Source of the DNA: the human T2T-CHM13v2.0 reference genome, Homo sapiens
Length of the DNA: 64,000 bases
Direction: 5' to 3' (one strand)
NCBI RefSeq assembly: GCF_009914755.1
Contig: NC_060927.1
The notes below the pieces were generated by a model, which was not told where the DNA came from, ran no database searches, and saw only the letters and a program-made list of their open reading frames with translations. Each line of letters starts with the position of its first letter. The stretch's first letter is position 1. Below, piece after piece: positions 38,586-52,149 of this stretch. Both the position numbers and the translations under genes were made by a program.

Positions 38586-39953
38586 ATATAGGGGGTAATT
38601 TTATTTGGATAAAAGAAAATTATCAGATTATTCTATACTTAGGGCCTACTGTCATCTTCCCAAACTCTGCTAGGCAACATTCTCTACAACAATCGCTTGT
38701 CTCATACTTCTTGCTTTACTTAGAAAACACATTCATTTCCCAAAGGCTAATTAAAGAAATATAAAAGTTAGAGTTACAGTTTGTATATTCTCATTAGCAA
38801 ATCACCAACCCAGGGGACAAGAACAAGTTAGGAGCATCTCTACCAAAAATCTAAGGAATTGCAATCCATGTAAAGACACTACGTTAAGTGTTGCGTGTGT
38901 TACCTTCTTTACAAATTAGAGTCCTCACTGCTGGATTGAGGCTGGCCTAATGAAGTTGTAAAATGAAGATATATTAATTCTTTACCTGGTGCTTTTATTA
39001 AGGAAAGTCATCTAAATCATTTAATGAAAATCAACTAAATGTATTACCTCCTACATTAGGAATACAGTGACACAGAAGAAGAAAAACAACTCTTGGATAA
39101 TGACTCTGGGCAGAAAAGGGAGATGAGATTGCAAACAAAATATCCCAAAATAGGTTTGTAGAGAAAATGAGAAAGAAAGAGTCTTGGTGATTGAAGGGAA
39201 TTAGAAATGATAGAAGAAGGGGAGATACATAGCTCTCTCTTGGTTGATTATCTTGCACTGAGGAATTTCTATGAGAACGGATCTAGGGAAGTACAACTTA
39301 GTCCAGGTTAGATGACTTTCAGAGGCAATTTCTGCATAGAACTAGATTCCTCAGTATTCAGAAGAAGTATGGTAGAAGTTTGCCCGGATGGCACAAACTG
39401 GAATGCCTGTATGAGCTGATTTACCCTGACTGACGTTCAGATTGACTGATCAGTAGGATTTTGCTGTTATTCACCCACATCTCCAGTTTGTACTAGCCTA
39501 GAAACCTTCTATTTGATGACTTATTTGTCCCATTTTGTCTCAAATACATAGAAGGGGCGAAAAACATTATTCTAGTGGGAGGTTTCTGTCACTTTTGTTC
39601 ATTCTGAATTTGTACAGAAGGTAACACACACAACACTTAGGTGGCATCTATATGGTTGTTATTTCATTAGATTTCTAGTAGAGATGCCTCTGACCTGTTC
39701 CTGTTCCCTGCCAAACCAATTCTGAGAGCCTGATTAAGGCAACAGGGTCTTGAGGTCAAGATTCTACATGCCACCGTTGACTAATTAAATATCACAACGT
39801 AACAGCTAAACTTCCTCTTTGTAGCTTCAGAGACTCCATAGCACAAATCTTCCCCCTAAATCATATAAACTTGATAAATAAAGCAGCATGCATATAACTG
39901 AGCATATATTTTGAAATGCTTCTAAAAAGTAGAACATCAATTTAAAGCATTAA

Positions 39954-40274
<321 letters not shown>

Positions 40275-41147
40275 TAGACTTCTTAATACGTATGCCTCTG
40301 ATAGACTGCCACTTTCTCCTTTAATGATAAGTTTCTATTTGCCTCACCCCCCCCAGGAGTTGTTTGCTCTTGAGTAGGACCTATGCTTAAATTTGTACCT
40401 GCCACTGCTGACACTACTACCAAATCAATTGTTCTTACTAAGTTAGTATCTTATCCGAGAAAGAGGCACTGGGTTTTCTTCATCATCCAATCAATCTCTA
40501 GAGGCAGCTTTCAGTGTCTCTCAAATTCTATCAGTAAATTGAAGTTTCTCCTGCCTGAACTGCACCCTGACCTCACCCCTTGGTGAGGGTGCCCCATATC
40601 TCATCCATCCATGCTCAGACAAATGTCACAGATCTCTAATTCAACTCTTATTATGTCATCGTAATGGATGAACAAATGAAGTGAATTTACAGACAGCAAT
40701 CCTGGGCTTCCCGTCTTTGACTCTCGATGTATGGGCCCCTCCTGCTGCATATTTACATACAATTAGGAATAAAGTAGGGTTCTCACAGTTATTTTGTTTC
40801 TTTGTACATAAGGCAATTTTAGTGCCTTTATATATCTAGTATGTTCTTACACTCTCATTCACTCATTCATTTAAAAATAATTTTGCTCAAAAGCTGAAGA
40901 TGCAATATTTATGATCGAGGAGATTTATTAGGACAGGAGAAAATATCAGATGAAAGTTGGATGACTGGTACAAAGTGCTGCAGAAATTTTGAAGAAAGAA
41001 AGAATATAACATACAACTGAGAAACAATTTAGGAAATGCTACTTTCAAGTACTTAATTTCATTATGGGTGCCTGTCTCTTTTGCTATCATAAGACAAATA
41101 TAGACCCAAAGCACAGGACACAAGCATTAGTGAACAACTTGGGAAAG

Positions 41148-41310
41148 CAGCATTTTCCAGAGTGTGCTCCACAGAAATCCTACAATGTATTTCATCGAAA
41201 AAGATTCCATGGCCACTAAATTTGGGAAGTGCCACCTAAGCAACCCTCTCTCTTGTGGGTCACAGTAACCATCAGTATATTAAAGACTCTGAAGTTGTGC
41301 ACTTAAAACA
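41148..41310. mobile_element. hAT-Charlie (Charlie4-like) DNA transposon fragment
   Basis: CAGCATTTTCCAGAGTGTGCTCCACAGAA...AAAAGATTCCATGGCCACTAAATTTGGGAAG...CAGTATATTAAAGACTCTGA; similar to the element at ~60745-61105. Confidence 0.55.
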
Positions 41311-41356
41311 AAATAAAACACACACACACTCACATACACACACAACCAGAAAACTG

Positions 41357-41711
<355 letters not shown>

Positions 41712-42376
41712 AAAAAATTTCCTATGTTTAATTTTGATTTTTCTTCCCTTTTGAAACGAATGCATATAGTATTACTCTTAGGAGTACTATTTACTTGTTT
41801 AATTCATTTATTGCCATTTCTACATATCACTGTGCTGGTGACTCTGTGCATGTATATGCAGGGCAGAATATGCATTAAAATCTTGGAAGTGCAAGTTGGC
41901 GGAGGATGAATAGAATATGTGCTATTGGAATCCACCACAGGATTTTTAACCTTCTTCCTGTACCAACCCATTGTAAATGCCTTATACAGAGTAATAGCAG
42001 AACACTATGGCAAGGGGAGTGCTCCAGTAAATATCTGACGGGAATGATCTTCCTTCACAGTTAGTATTAATATTTGTTTCATTGTCTTTATTTTAATTAT
42101 TTTCCATTACCTTTCTATGAAAGATAAAGAAGAGACATTTGTATATCTGTAACCTTCACCAAATGCCACCTGCCTGGTAAATGTCAGCAGTCCCCAGGGC
42201 TTTGTCCTGGGTCCCTCCTCATTTGCATCCTCACTGAGGAACATTTGTCTCCTTCCAAGTCTTCATTTAGTACCTCATTCTCTTGGCATTCTATCACAAG
42301 CCCTACACACCAGTGGCCAGGAATAGGGCAGCTCAAACCAGCACACACACACATATTTCTGTGACTTTACTCATGT

Positions 42377-42526
42377 TTCTACATCATCAGAGTTGCCCTG
42401 GTTCTCACTCATCACCTGTCAAAATAACTTTCATCTTTCAAGGTCGACAGAGCCGTATTAACATAGCGGTCAAGAACGTGTCCAACCTAGACTGGGTTCA
42501 AATACAGACTCTAGATAATAACCTTG
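42377..42526 (+). repeat. Copy A of a 150-bp direct non-tandem duplication (spans the start of a MIR)
   Basis: TTCTACATCATCAG...GATAATAACCTTG is repeated at 44533-44682; 8 substitutions and no gaps by manual alignment. Confidence 0.95.
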
Positions 42527-42634
42527 GAATAATGTTGGTACCTAGCTCAGGTTGAATAACATTTAACACAAATAAAATAAAACAAAAGAAAATATACTTC
42601 CAAAAACCTTTCTCTCATAAATTTATTAGAGTTA

Positions 42635-42717
42635 TTAGGTTGGTGCAAAAGTCATTGCAGTTTTTGTCATTACTTTTAATGGAATAAAAAAACGCAATTA
42701 CTTTTGCACGGACCAAA
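42635..42717. mobile_element. MADE1 MITE (Hsmar1-derived, TcMar-Mariner)
   Basis: TTAGGTTGGTGCAAAAGTCATTGCAGTTTTTGTCATTACTTTTAATGG...AACGCAATTACTTTTGCAC..ACCAAA; ~80-bp palindrome preceded by TA. Confidence 0.92.
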
Positions 42718-44309
42718 TTGTTCTTCTTTGGCAATCCCCTAGCAAATCAATTCAACTTCTGTTATTCACTGACAACATTGTTTTTTCTACTGGCTGCAGC
42801 TTTTCACAAGTCTGTGCCCTCTCTTCACTGCTATAAATTGTGAGCGCACCAAGGAGAAGACTGTCAAGTTTACCTTTTTGCTCATATTGAAAGTATGTGG
42901 CAATAACTGGCTTCCACAATCTGTGTGTTGATTTGGAAAATGAAGATTGAGGTACAAGCAAAAAAAATCAGTGAAGCACCATTTAATACAGAGGGGAACA
43001 GGGCATATTTGGAAGTGAACATTTATTTCTGAATCCAACATCAGTATTATCTAGTTGGCTAACTTTTTAAATTTTTTATTTAACAAATGTACAACATATT
43101 TAATATTGTGATGTGGACTTGGCCCTGTCATCTAGAAAGGCCTTAGCACAGGTAGTTTAATGAAGTGTCAGGTGAGAAGCTGTCCCATCCCCTATTAAGC
43201 AATGTATTGTCTAAATGAGTTTAATTACCATGCAAATTACTAGGAGCTCATATGCCCAAGGCCTACAACATATCAGATGGCAGGTCTAAGAGAAATTCAG
43301 TAGGCTGTGCCTCTCTTTGTAGTAATGCTTTTACGTAATATAGAAAAAATGTCAATGTAACAAGAATAAAATGCTATGATTCTTGGCAAATTTTTAAGTC
43401 AGTGAAATCACTGGTAAAAATTGTAGTGGACTTATAAGATAGTTGATATAAGCAAGTCACTTTCAAGAATAGCTATTAACTTATTTGTTCTCCTTTCTCT
43501 AAAAACATACTGGAAGTGACTAAATGTCTGAATCCTGCTTCTACACAACCATGAATATTTTGGAAAAGGCTACACCACTCATGTTTATGGGGAAGGCCTT
43601 GGGGTGTGGGCATGGACTGGATCTGAAAATAAAAGGTTTATATCCTGGGTCAGCTTACTAAATGTGATCTTGAACAGGTCACTCAACATCTCAGAGTTTC
43701 CATTTTCTCTTCTGTAATAAAGACTAGTGATGCCATCTTTAAGATATAGACTAAATGATTTAAAGTATTTTCAAAACTCATGCAAACATAGGTATTATGC
43801 CATAGACAATTTTTAAAAGTGAAACAAAAGATATATTCCTGTTTTCAGCCTCTATCCATAGACAGAGTTTGGGTCTGTCAAAATGTTAACCGCAGTATAA
43901 GACCAATCTGAAGTGCTGTCAGACTAATGGCATCTTTACCTATCCTGAACTGCATGGTTCTTTCACACACACAGGCCTGACACAAAACAGTATATCTTGT
44001 AAGTGCTAAATAAATATGAACAAGATGAGACTGAAGTTTTATTACTACTACTCATTTGAACATCTTTCCAAATACTGACCAAATTACAATGTAATAGAAT
44101 GTGACCGTCTGTTATCTAGGAAAAAAAAAAAATCACCTAATGCTTTAACTTTTACAATATGTCTAATCTATTCAGAGCCAAGAATAACCTGGGAGATAAG
44201 CACATGAATTCAGATTGGATTTCTAAGAGATTTTTAGCAAAGTCTTCACCAAATGTGCCTAGAATAAGTCATATCTTCTGAGCAATACCCCAAAGAGGGA
44301 TGATTCTAC

Positions 44310-44696
44310 AAGAGTTTCCAAACTTTCTTGACTGCAACCCTCAGCAATAAACACTGATTTATAGGTAATGAGATGGAAACATGGCTCATTACTTATATAC
44401 ATAAATAAAACAAAAATATTTTACTATTTGCAATGCACTCTGATATTTTCTATCCTATCCTACATAACATTCAAACAAAATGTTATATTTTAGTTTACTT
44501 AAAAAGTATGTGGTTGACAAACTGTTGATGAATTCTACATCATCAGGGTTGCCCTGGCTCTCACTCATCACCTGTCAAAATAGCTTTCATCTTTCAAGGT
44601 CGACAGGGCTGTATTAACATAGTGGTCAAGAATGTGTCCAACCTAGACTGGGTTCAAATCCAGACTCTAGATAATAACCTTGTTTGGGAAACACCG
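44310..44696. mobile_element. hAT-Charlie-type DNA transposon fossil, interrupted near its right end by duplication copy B
   Basis: TIR-like ends AGAGTTTCCAAACTTT and GTTTGGGAAACACCG; internal GCAATGCACTCTGATATTTTCTATCCTATCCTA matches a hAT-Charlie consensus I recall; exact subfamily uncertain. Confidence 0.65.
44533..44682 (+). repeat. Copy B of the 150-bp duplication
   Basis: About 95% identical to 42377-42526. Confidence 0.95.
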
Positions 44697-45299
44697 TGTT
44701 GTGGATCCAGCACTGTGTAGGCATATAACTATTTCATAGTCCATTTGCTTATTTGGAGAGATGAGAAAATCAGGCCTAGGTGTTCATGAAATGCATCCTT
44801 CAAAGACTGAGTGAGAGTTGTCAGTGGTAAAATGGCACTTTGCAGATTACAAAATCCAGCATGAACCATGACTTCAATAAAGAGTATTTGTTGCATTTTG
44901 TAATAGTTGTATGCAAGGTCAAAAGGACTAATATTGTGCTTGATTTTCTCCTTTGCCTCTGCAATAACTGAAAAACAGGTATACACATGGGTAAAAGAAA
45001 TATTAATATGGTGTTTCAATAACAGCTCAATAATTTGATTCAGTACACTGTATTGGATTCTTTTCTGTTTAGTTGGAACTAATGGGTGCAACTTAAAGAC
45101 AGTTAAATATATATACTTTTTAATTTGAAGGAAAAACTTTTTCTTTTTTATTTAAAGGCATTGAACTGAGGAATGTGCTGTCTTATGGCCTAGTGTTTCT
45201 TATCTGCCTGTGTCAAAGCAGTGCCTGAAAAAGGATTTGCAAGAGCTTTAATGGAGAAGGTTCCAGCACTGGGTCATGGAGTAGAAGAAATATCTAAAC

Positions 45300-45462
45300 C
45301 TGCACTGATTCCAGTTCTGTAGCAATTAGTCACATGTGGCTATTGAGCACTTGAAATGTGGCTAGTGTAACCTGAGGAACTAAATTTTCAGGTTTTAATT
45401 GTATGTAAATGTAAACTTAAATAGCCATATGTGATTAGTCCTTACCACAGTGTACTATACAG
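45300..45462. mobile_element. MER3 (hAT-Charlie)
   Basis: CACATGTGGCTATTGAGCACTTGAAATGTGGCTAGTG...TGAGGAACTAAATTTT...AAATAGCCATATGTG; imperfect 8-bp TSD ATCTAAAC/ATCTAGAG. Confidence 0.88.
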
Positions 45463-45963
45463 ATCTAGAGGAATCAATGTATTGGCTATTTGCTAAGTAA
45501 ATGTGACAATTTTTGATACCTCATATTATCATAATTTATAATGCATCCCACATACTAAAAAGTGATCTGGGATCCATGAAAAGCAGAAATTACAGGATTC
45601 ATATATTTAAAATAGAACTATTTTGAGACTAGAGACAAACGTATTGCCAGCTTTGGGTTTTAGTTTTTACATCTCTCAATGACAAATAGGTTTCTTCTGA
45701 TTCTCCAGAGAGACTGCTGACTGCACTGACTCTTATTAGTGGCCTTCAAGAAGTCCTGCTCCAAATTTCAGCCACTGCTTGTATATACAATTTTAGACAT
45801 TGAAAAGAAAATTCTGCTAGTTCCTTGAAAATGGGGCTGTTTATCCATTTGGATTGACACAAGAAATTAAGACAGGGAATGTTTTTGTGAAGTTGGTCAT
45901 GTAGTATTTGTATGATGGGACTCTTCTAATAAGTTCATTTAATCTTAAAAATAATATGCAATA

Positions 45964-46270
45964 GGCTGGGCATGATGGCTCATGCCTGTAGTCCCAGCAT
46001 TTTGGGAGGCTGAGGTGGTCAGATTGCTTGAGCTAAGGAGTTTGAGACCAGTGTAGGCAACATGGCAAAGCCCAATCTCTACAAAAAAAGAAAAAAAAAA
46101 TAAGCTGGGCATGGTGGCATGTGCCTGTAAGTCCCAGCTAACTTGGAAGGCTGAGGTGGGAGGATTGCCTGAGCCCAGGAGTTTCAGGCTGCAGTGAGTT
46201 GTCATCCTGCCACTGCACTACAACAAGGGTGACAGAGTGAGGACCAGTCTCAAAAAAAAAAAAAAAAAAA
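45964..46270 (+). mobile_element. AluJ, full length
   Basis: GATTGCTTGAGCTAAGGAGTTTGAG and GGAGGATTGCCTGAGCCCAGGAGTTTCAGGCTGCAGTGAG are AluJ diagnostics; poly(A) tail. Confidence 0.95.
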
Positions 46271-47299
46271 AGATAAGATAAAAGAAAAAAAATGCAACAA
46301 AACTAAAAAGAATAATGATCTAAAATTTGTCAAACACAGCAAAACAACTGACCTTTTAATAATAATTTGGTTGCATCCAATTTTCTCCATATTCCAAGAA
46401 ACTCTTGATTATATGGCAGTTTTATTGACTTACGAGAAAAACCCACTCCGGATATAATAAGCAATTTGTGATATGCACAGAATAGAGGTGAATGCACAAG
46501 GATAAACTGTATGCTTTAGCAATTAAATCCAGGGCATTTAAGGGAACAGCTACACTAAAGTATAGATAATCAAATTGAACTAAGGAATGGGGTCTTTCCA
46601 TGATATTCCCAGTGAGCAACAGAACGTCATGGAAAACTCCAATCAGTATTTCAGTACCTCTTTCTTGCATGCAAACAAATCACTAAACGGCAAATTTGAT
46701 GTCTTTTACATCCTGGAACTCCAGGCTAGAGACACCCCTGTAAATTCCCTGTGAGGTGGGAAATTTTGCCTGAGTTGCAGTCAACTCTGGGGTTTGAGTA
46801 TTCATGGGACAGGCTGTTATTTAATAGGTTCAGGAGAAGAATTTGAGGGAATTCCAAGAATTATGGATTTTACAGGCGCGGGAGGCACCTAAGGATAATT
46901 GTGTAGAATTCACTGAGGACTAGGAAATGATGTTGACCTCTGAGAATCAAAGTAGGTGGATGCAGAGATAATGTGTGTCCAACAGCCACCTCTAGAAAAA
47001 AGCCAGGTTATGATATTTATAAAGGTGAGAACAAAAAGGTTTGAGAATTCTATATAACTTTCATCAAGATGAACTAAGGAAAGCAATGCAGCAGTTTGAT
47101 TGAAATGTAATGAACTGGACTCCAGGCAATTATTGTGTATCCTGTCTAGTGAAAAACTGAACAAAGTGAAAAAGATTAGCTTGGACTGTAGAAAAGGGAA
47201 ACCAAAGGGCCAGAATTTGGTAGAGTATTGAACACTGGCTGAGAGAAGATAGTCTCTGTACCAGGAACTTGCCCAATTTCTGTGATAGCTATGTATACA

Positions 47300-47503
47300 T
47301 TATAGCAAAGTGTTTAAAAGCTAGGATCTACTGCCAGATTACTAATTCCTTAACCTTGGAGAACTTATTTTCATCTCTGTGACTCAATTTCATCTTCTGT
47401 AAGTGATTATAATAGCATCCATCATTAGGTTTATTGTATAAATAATTGAGTTAATATGTACTAACCATTTGAAATAGCACTCTCAATAAACGTTTATTAT
47501 TAT
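47300..47503 (+). mobile_element. MIR SINE
   Basis: TAACCTTGGAGAACTTATTTTCATCTCTGTGACTCAATTTCATCTTCTGTAA core; ends CTCAATAAACGTTTATTATTAT. Confidence 0.75.
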
Positions 47504-49509
47504 CACCCCAGAGATAGATACATTAGACATGTTAATATATATGCAACTCATACAACTAATTATCTCTATTTTAGGTTCAAGGATGCTAAGTAATTCTTCG
47601 ACCCCTGAAGATTGGCCTATAAGGAGGGATGCACCAGTTAGGCAGATATCAGCATTGGGATACTTATATCACTCTAAATTTGCATCTTGGCATTTTGGCT
47701 CATAGTTCAGTCTTTTGTGAGTTTTATTATCATTAGTCAGCCTCCTAAATCCAATAACTCTAGACACTGATAAGTGACATTTGGACCATTGAGGCTGAGA
47801 GCTAGACCCAGAACTGGTAAATTCACTAACAGTATGCTAAAGGTAAAATCTGTTGGCAAATAGCTAAAAAGCCATCTGCTGTAGACCTTGATCTATCTTC
47901 TTTCAAATATCAGTAATTCACTACCAAGATTTTACCAAATGCCAAGTAGTTTCAAATTCCCCCCAAAATAAAAAGGAATAGATTATCTTAGAGATATTTA
48001 GAGTTACAGAAGGGTTACACTTAAACAAAACATATCAATCATTAAGATTTGCCCTGTCTTGTCTAATACTTGAGGGTTTTGCCACTACCTGAAGACTAAG
48101 TCCTGAATTGATACACACAAAACAGTACACAAAGGAATCAGTGATTTTTAGTCCAGTGATACCTAGCTCGTGATTCAAGTCAACTTATCAGTGTGCTAAA
48201 GCATACTCACCTATCCCGGTAACCACTATCTCTCCACTATCTCTATTTATGAACAGAAATGCAACAATCTATATTTTTAGAGTATGGGCCTAGGAATTTG
48301 TGATACAGAATTTTTTTAAAGAAAGAAAAATATCATATATATACTTCCATTGCAGGTCTGGCAGCAGATAGCTGTTTTGCCACTTTCTGGAAAAACTAAT
48401 GGCTTTTGATATACCCTCCACTATGTAGTATATTTGTGAAAATTCCAGAGTCTCAAATGCAATTTCCAAGACTGTTCTGGGCCTTATGCTACTAACCATG
48501 CAAATATCCCTCAGCTGAAAAATTTTAAACACATCCTGGGGTTGGGTTTATGTTGGAGAAGCTCTCACAGGACTATCGGCCCAGGATTATATTGTAGCCC
48601 CTAAGTAGGAAAGGTTTTGTTTATGTTGCCTCTATTTACATGGGATTTTCTTTTTTTGAATAACTCAAACCCAATTATAAAGGAGCAGAACTGAGCCTGT
48701 GAGATATGACCAGGCTGCCAAAGAGGAAATCGACAAAGACTCCACAAACTAAGGAAACAAGAGCAGCTGTTATTCTGGCAAGGAGATGCAACTTGCCAAC
48801 CTTCTGCCCAGCGGTGCCACACCAGTGGTCTGAACAATAAGTTGAGTTTACAGCCTCCCCTGTGACTATGCCAGTCACATTCAAGAACATCTGCCACAGC
48901 CTTAATGACAGAGCCTATGGGAACTTAATGAGTACCCCATACACCTGTGCGGTTCTACGAGACAGCTGTTTCCCACTCCGCCACCTCCTTTCTCAGTCCT
49001 TCCCATCACGTGTGCTCACTGCCCCATCCTCCCCATAGGATACAGCTGACTCTCATACCGGGGTCTGTGCTTTTGTGAGGATTTCATTTATCTCCATTTA
49101 CATGGCACTTATAGGCAGTAGAGATAAAAAGCATAATATCTTTCACACTGCTCAAGCTTCACAGTTTGCTATGCAAGAGGGTGAGTGCTGGAGACTGAGA
49201 AAGTCAATCAGAAGAATCAATGGTCTAAGAGATAAGGGGACAAGAAGGAAGAAGATGAGAAGTGCTGCTACTTTTTCTTTGCCAACAACTCTCAGACACA
49301 AATTAGAAATTCACAAAGCCATGGAAACACTTCACAGTTTACCTCTGTAGGTATCTATGAAATTGCTTTGGTCAAAGCATTTTCTGGTTGAGAAAGCTGC
49401 CTAGTGGAAGACCTAACAAAACAAAAAACACAAAACAAAATGCAAGACAAAACAACTTACTAAAAATACTTTTAAAATTCTGAGAATTCTAATTACATGG
49501 AAAGTGCAC

Positions 49510-49737
49510 AATGTTAGTATAGTGCATGATAGAAAGAATCTCAAAAACTGTATGACCTTTGGCAAGTTATTTAACACCTCTGAGTTTCCATTTTTTTAGT
49601 TTGTTAAATTAGGATAATTACTTAGATTTGGTAAAACCACAATAAATAAATTATATATGTTATATAAAGTGTTTTACATAATAACTAGCACAACCAAGTG
49701 CTTGATAAACATTATTATTATTATCATTATTATTATT
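49510..49737 (+). mobile_element. MIR SINE
   Basis: TGTATGACCTTTGGCAAGTTATTTAACACCTCTGAGTTTCC core; (ATT)n tail. Confidence 0.75.
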
Positions 49738-50084
49738 GCCACATCAAGCCCATTTCTTATGGCTTTACTGTAACCACTAAAAAATGTGTTCTTGTTCCAT
49801 ATTTTACAGAATAAATCATTCTTTTAATGACAAAAAAGGTGAAATATCCCCTAGAGAGAAAAACCTAAAAATAATGATCTCATTTGTTATGTAAATCAAA
49901 AGGTATGAGCTTGAATTTTGTAGATATATGACTAACAGAATGTAGAAATTCTTCAGTCATTCATTTCGGACTGTTTACATATCAGAAGCATTATATGTTC
50001 TATGATAAAGGCCACGTGGCATGGCAAAACTATGACAATATTAGTAGTTTATGTTAAAAAGAAATAGTCCCCCATATCACTAGA

Positions 50085-50433
50085 CTGCACTGTCCAATAT
50101 GGTAGCCACTAACCGAATATGGTAGCCACTAACCGAATATGGTAGCCACTAACCGAATGTGTCTATTGAACATTTGAAATGTATCTGCTCCAAATTGATA
50201 TGTGCTGTAAGTATAAAGTACACACTAGATTTCTAAGATTTAGCATGTAAAAAAGAATTTAAAACAACTTATTAACAATTTTATATGAATTACATGTTGA
50301 AATGATAATATTGGGTTAAATAAACTATATTATGGAAATAAATTTTATCTATTTCTTGTTTGTTTTAATTTGTCTACTAGAAGATTTAAAATTAACTGTC
50401 TTTCTCCTATCATATTTCTTTTGGGCAGTGCTG
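50085..50433 (-). mobile_element. MER33 (hAT-Charlie) containing a 20-bp triplication
   Basis: CTGCACTGTCCAATATGGTAGCCACT...AATTGATATGTGCTGTAAGTATAAAGTACACACTAGATTT...TTACATGTTGAAATGATAATATTGGGTTAAATAAA...GGGCAGTGCTG. Confidence 0.88.
50096..50158. repeat. Perfect tandem repeat of AATATGGTAGCCACTAACCG, 3 copies plus 3 nt
   Basis: Units at 50096-50115, 50116-50135 and 50136-50155 are identical and have no spacers. Confidence 0.98.
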
Positions 50434-50441
50434 CTCGGGAC

Positions 50442-50633
50442 TAATGATTCTCAATGGTTCTTATATATGCAGTAATATTTTGTTTATAAATGTCACACAA
50501 GGAGCTTGAAAAAAATTTAAACCCCTGGTCTTTCAGTGATTCTGACTCCAATGGCCAAGGAATTTGCATTTTCAATAAGAAACTGGATATTTCAAATGCA
50601 GATGGTCACTGGACCACATTTTGAGAAACACTG
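50442..50633. mobile_element. MER5-type hAT-Charlie element
   Basis: CAGTGATTCTGACTC...AGGAATTTGCATTTTCAATAAG...GGACCACATTTTGAGAAACACTG. Confidence 0.7.
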
Positions 50634-50874
50634 CTATAGACTAAGGTTTCTTTAGTTGAAACATGATGTTATGAAACACAGATATGATTGGGGGGATGTT
50701 TATGGACAGCATCTAGACTAATATGAAGGCAGAAAAAGAGAGGGAGAATCAAGATGGTAGAAGATGCCCATTAACCTGCTTTCAGGATCTTCTCCCTAAT
50801 AAGTAGTAAATATAAGTCTGTTACTTTTTCCCATATTCTAGTGCCAGTGGGGATGGAGGAGTAAAGTCTGCACT

Positions 50875-51002
50875 GGGCCAGGTACGGTGGCTCACACCTG
50901 TAATCTCAGCACTTTGGGAGGCTGAGGCAGGAGGATTGCTTGAGCACAGGAGTTTGAGACGAACGTGGGCAATATAGTGAGACCTTATCTCTCTGGAAAA
51001 AA
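50875..51002 (+). mobile_element. FLAM-C / free left Alu monomer
   Basis: Single monomer GGCCAGGTACGGTGGCTCAC...GAGACCTTATCTCT with A tail; perfect TSD AAAGTCTGCACT at 50863-50874 and 51003-51014. Confidence 0.93.
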
Positions 51003-52149
51003 AAAGTCTGCACTACGAGGACCTCTCACCAGTAAATTTTAAGATTTGAAGGCAAGGTTTACAAGGCTGTGGTGAATAAAAGTGATGACATAATTATTTT
51101 CAGTGGTAACTAATAACATTCTTCTCATTTAACACTGTCACTTCCATTACTACTGCAAATCGGCTGGTGGTGAGAGGTATAAGTGGTATAGATCAAATCT
51201 GGAGAAAGAGAAATATTCCATATAGCCTCCATGTCCCACTTCTTTCATGATATACCTTAGCCACTGTCCACATAGCAATTACATTCCAGGCACTGGGCAA
51301 CAAAATCACAATCATTCATGGTTGCTGCAGAGACACAGAGCCTCTCCTGCCATGTCCAGCATAAGAGGCTCTTTCTTGGCTGACACACAAAAAACCTTTC
51401 AAATATAAAGAAGGAGAGACTCTGAGGGAAACAACTCATTCATCAAACCAACCTCATCCGCCATTAACATCACACCTTTTTTTGAGATTCTTCTATTACC
51501 AATGCCCTTTTATTTCCTTCCTACCAACTTGATGTGTTTGCCTCAACAAGTACTCTTTCCTCACAGTTTGCTTTGCCGTTATGTTATTGTATCTTTTGAT
51601 GCCTTTTTTTTTTCGTCCAGCTTACACTAGATGCAAAACTGATAAAGTTGTGCTGATTGGATGGTGACTGCCCAATCCCAGAAGGACATCCCTCCCACAA
51701 TTGCCTTTCAAAGTTGTCACCCTCCTATATGACAAAACTATGGCAGTAGCTGGGAATTTTTTTTTGCAGTCAGGTTTAATCTTCATTTTGCTGACCAAGC
51801 CACCAGGGCAAGCACCTCTTACATTGAGGGTGGTGTGCTCTTACAGTGAGAGCACTACTACAGTTATCAGTGATGAAACAGGAATTCCTGATGCAGTAAA
51901 TTGCCTTTTGGAAATAAATGGTAGCATACTTTCAGGCTTAAGTTGACAATTTAGGTCATTCCCCCAAATCTAAAACTTCCTATCACAAAAACCTGCAAAG
52001 AAATCACACAATTGTTGAAGTTAGCTGCTATACTGAGGTCATTTAGTCCAATTTTTAATGCAAAATACCTCCTAATTGGATGTCACTCTTCCTGAAATAT
52101 AAACAGTAACAATTGATTAAGTTTCAGATATTCTTGCTAGAAGTTTTCT

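Noticed and set aside
38402-38764. 120-aa Leu-rich, transmembrane-looking ORF (also 59653-59931 and 19951-20263)
   Set aside because: Translation of CT-rich low-complexity DNA.
50096-50158. CRISPR-like direct repeats
   Set aside because: The units are head-to-tail with no spacers, lie inside a MER33, there are no cas genes, and the context is primate.
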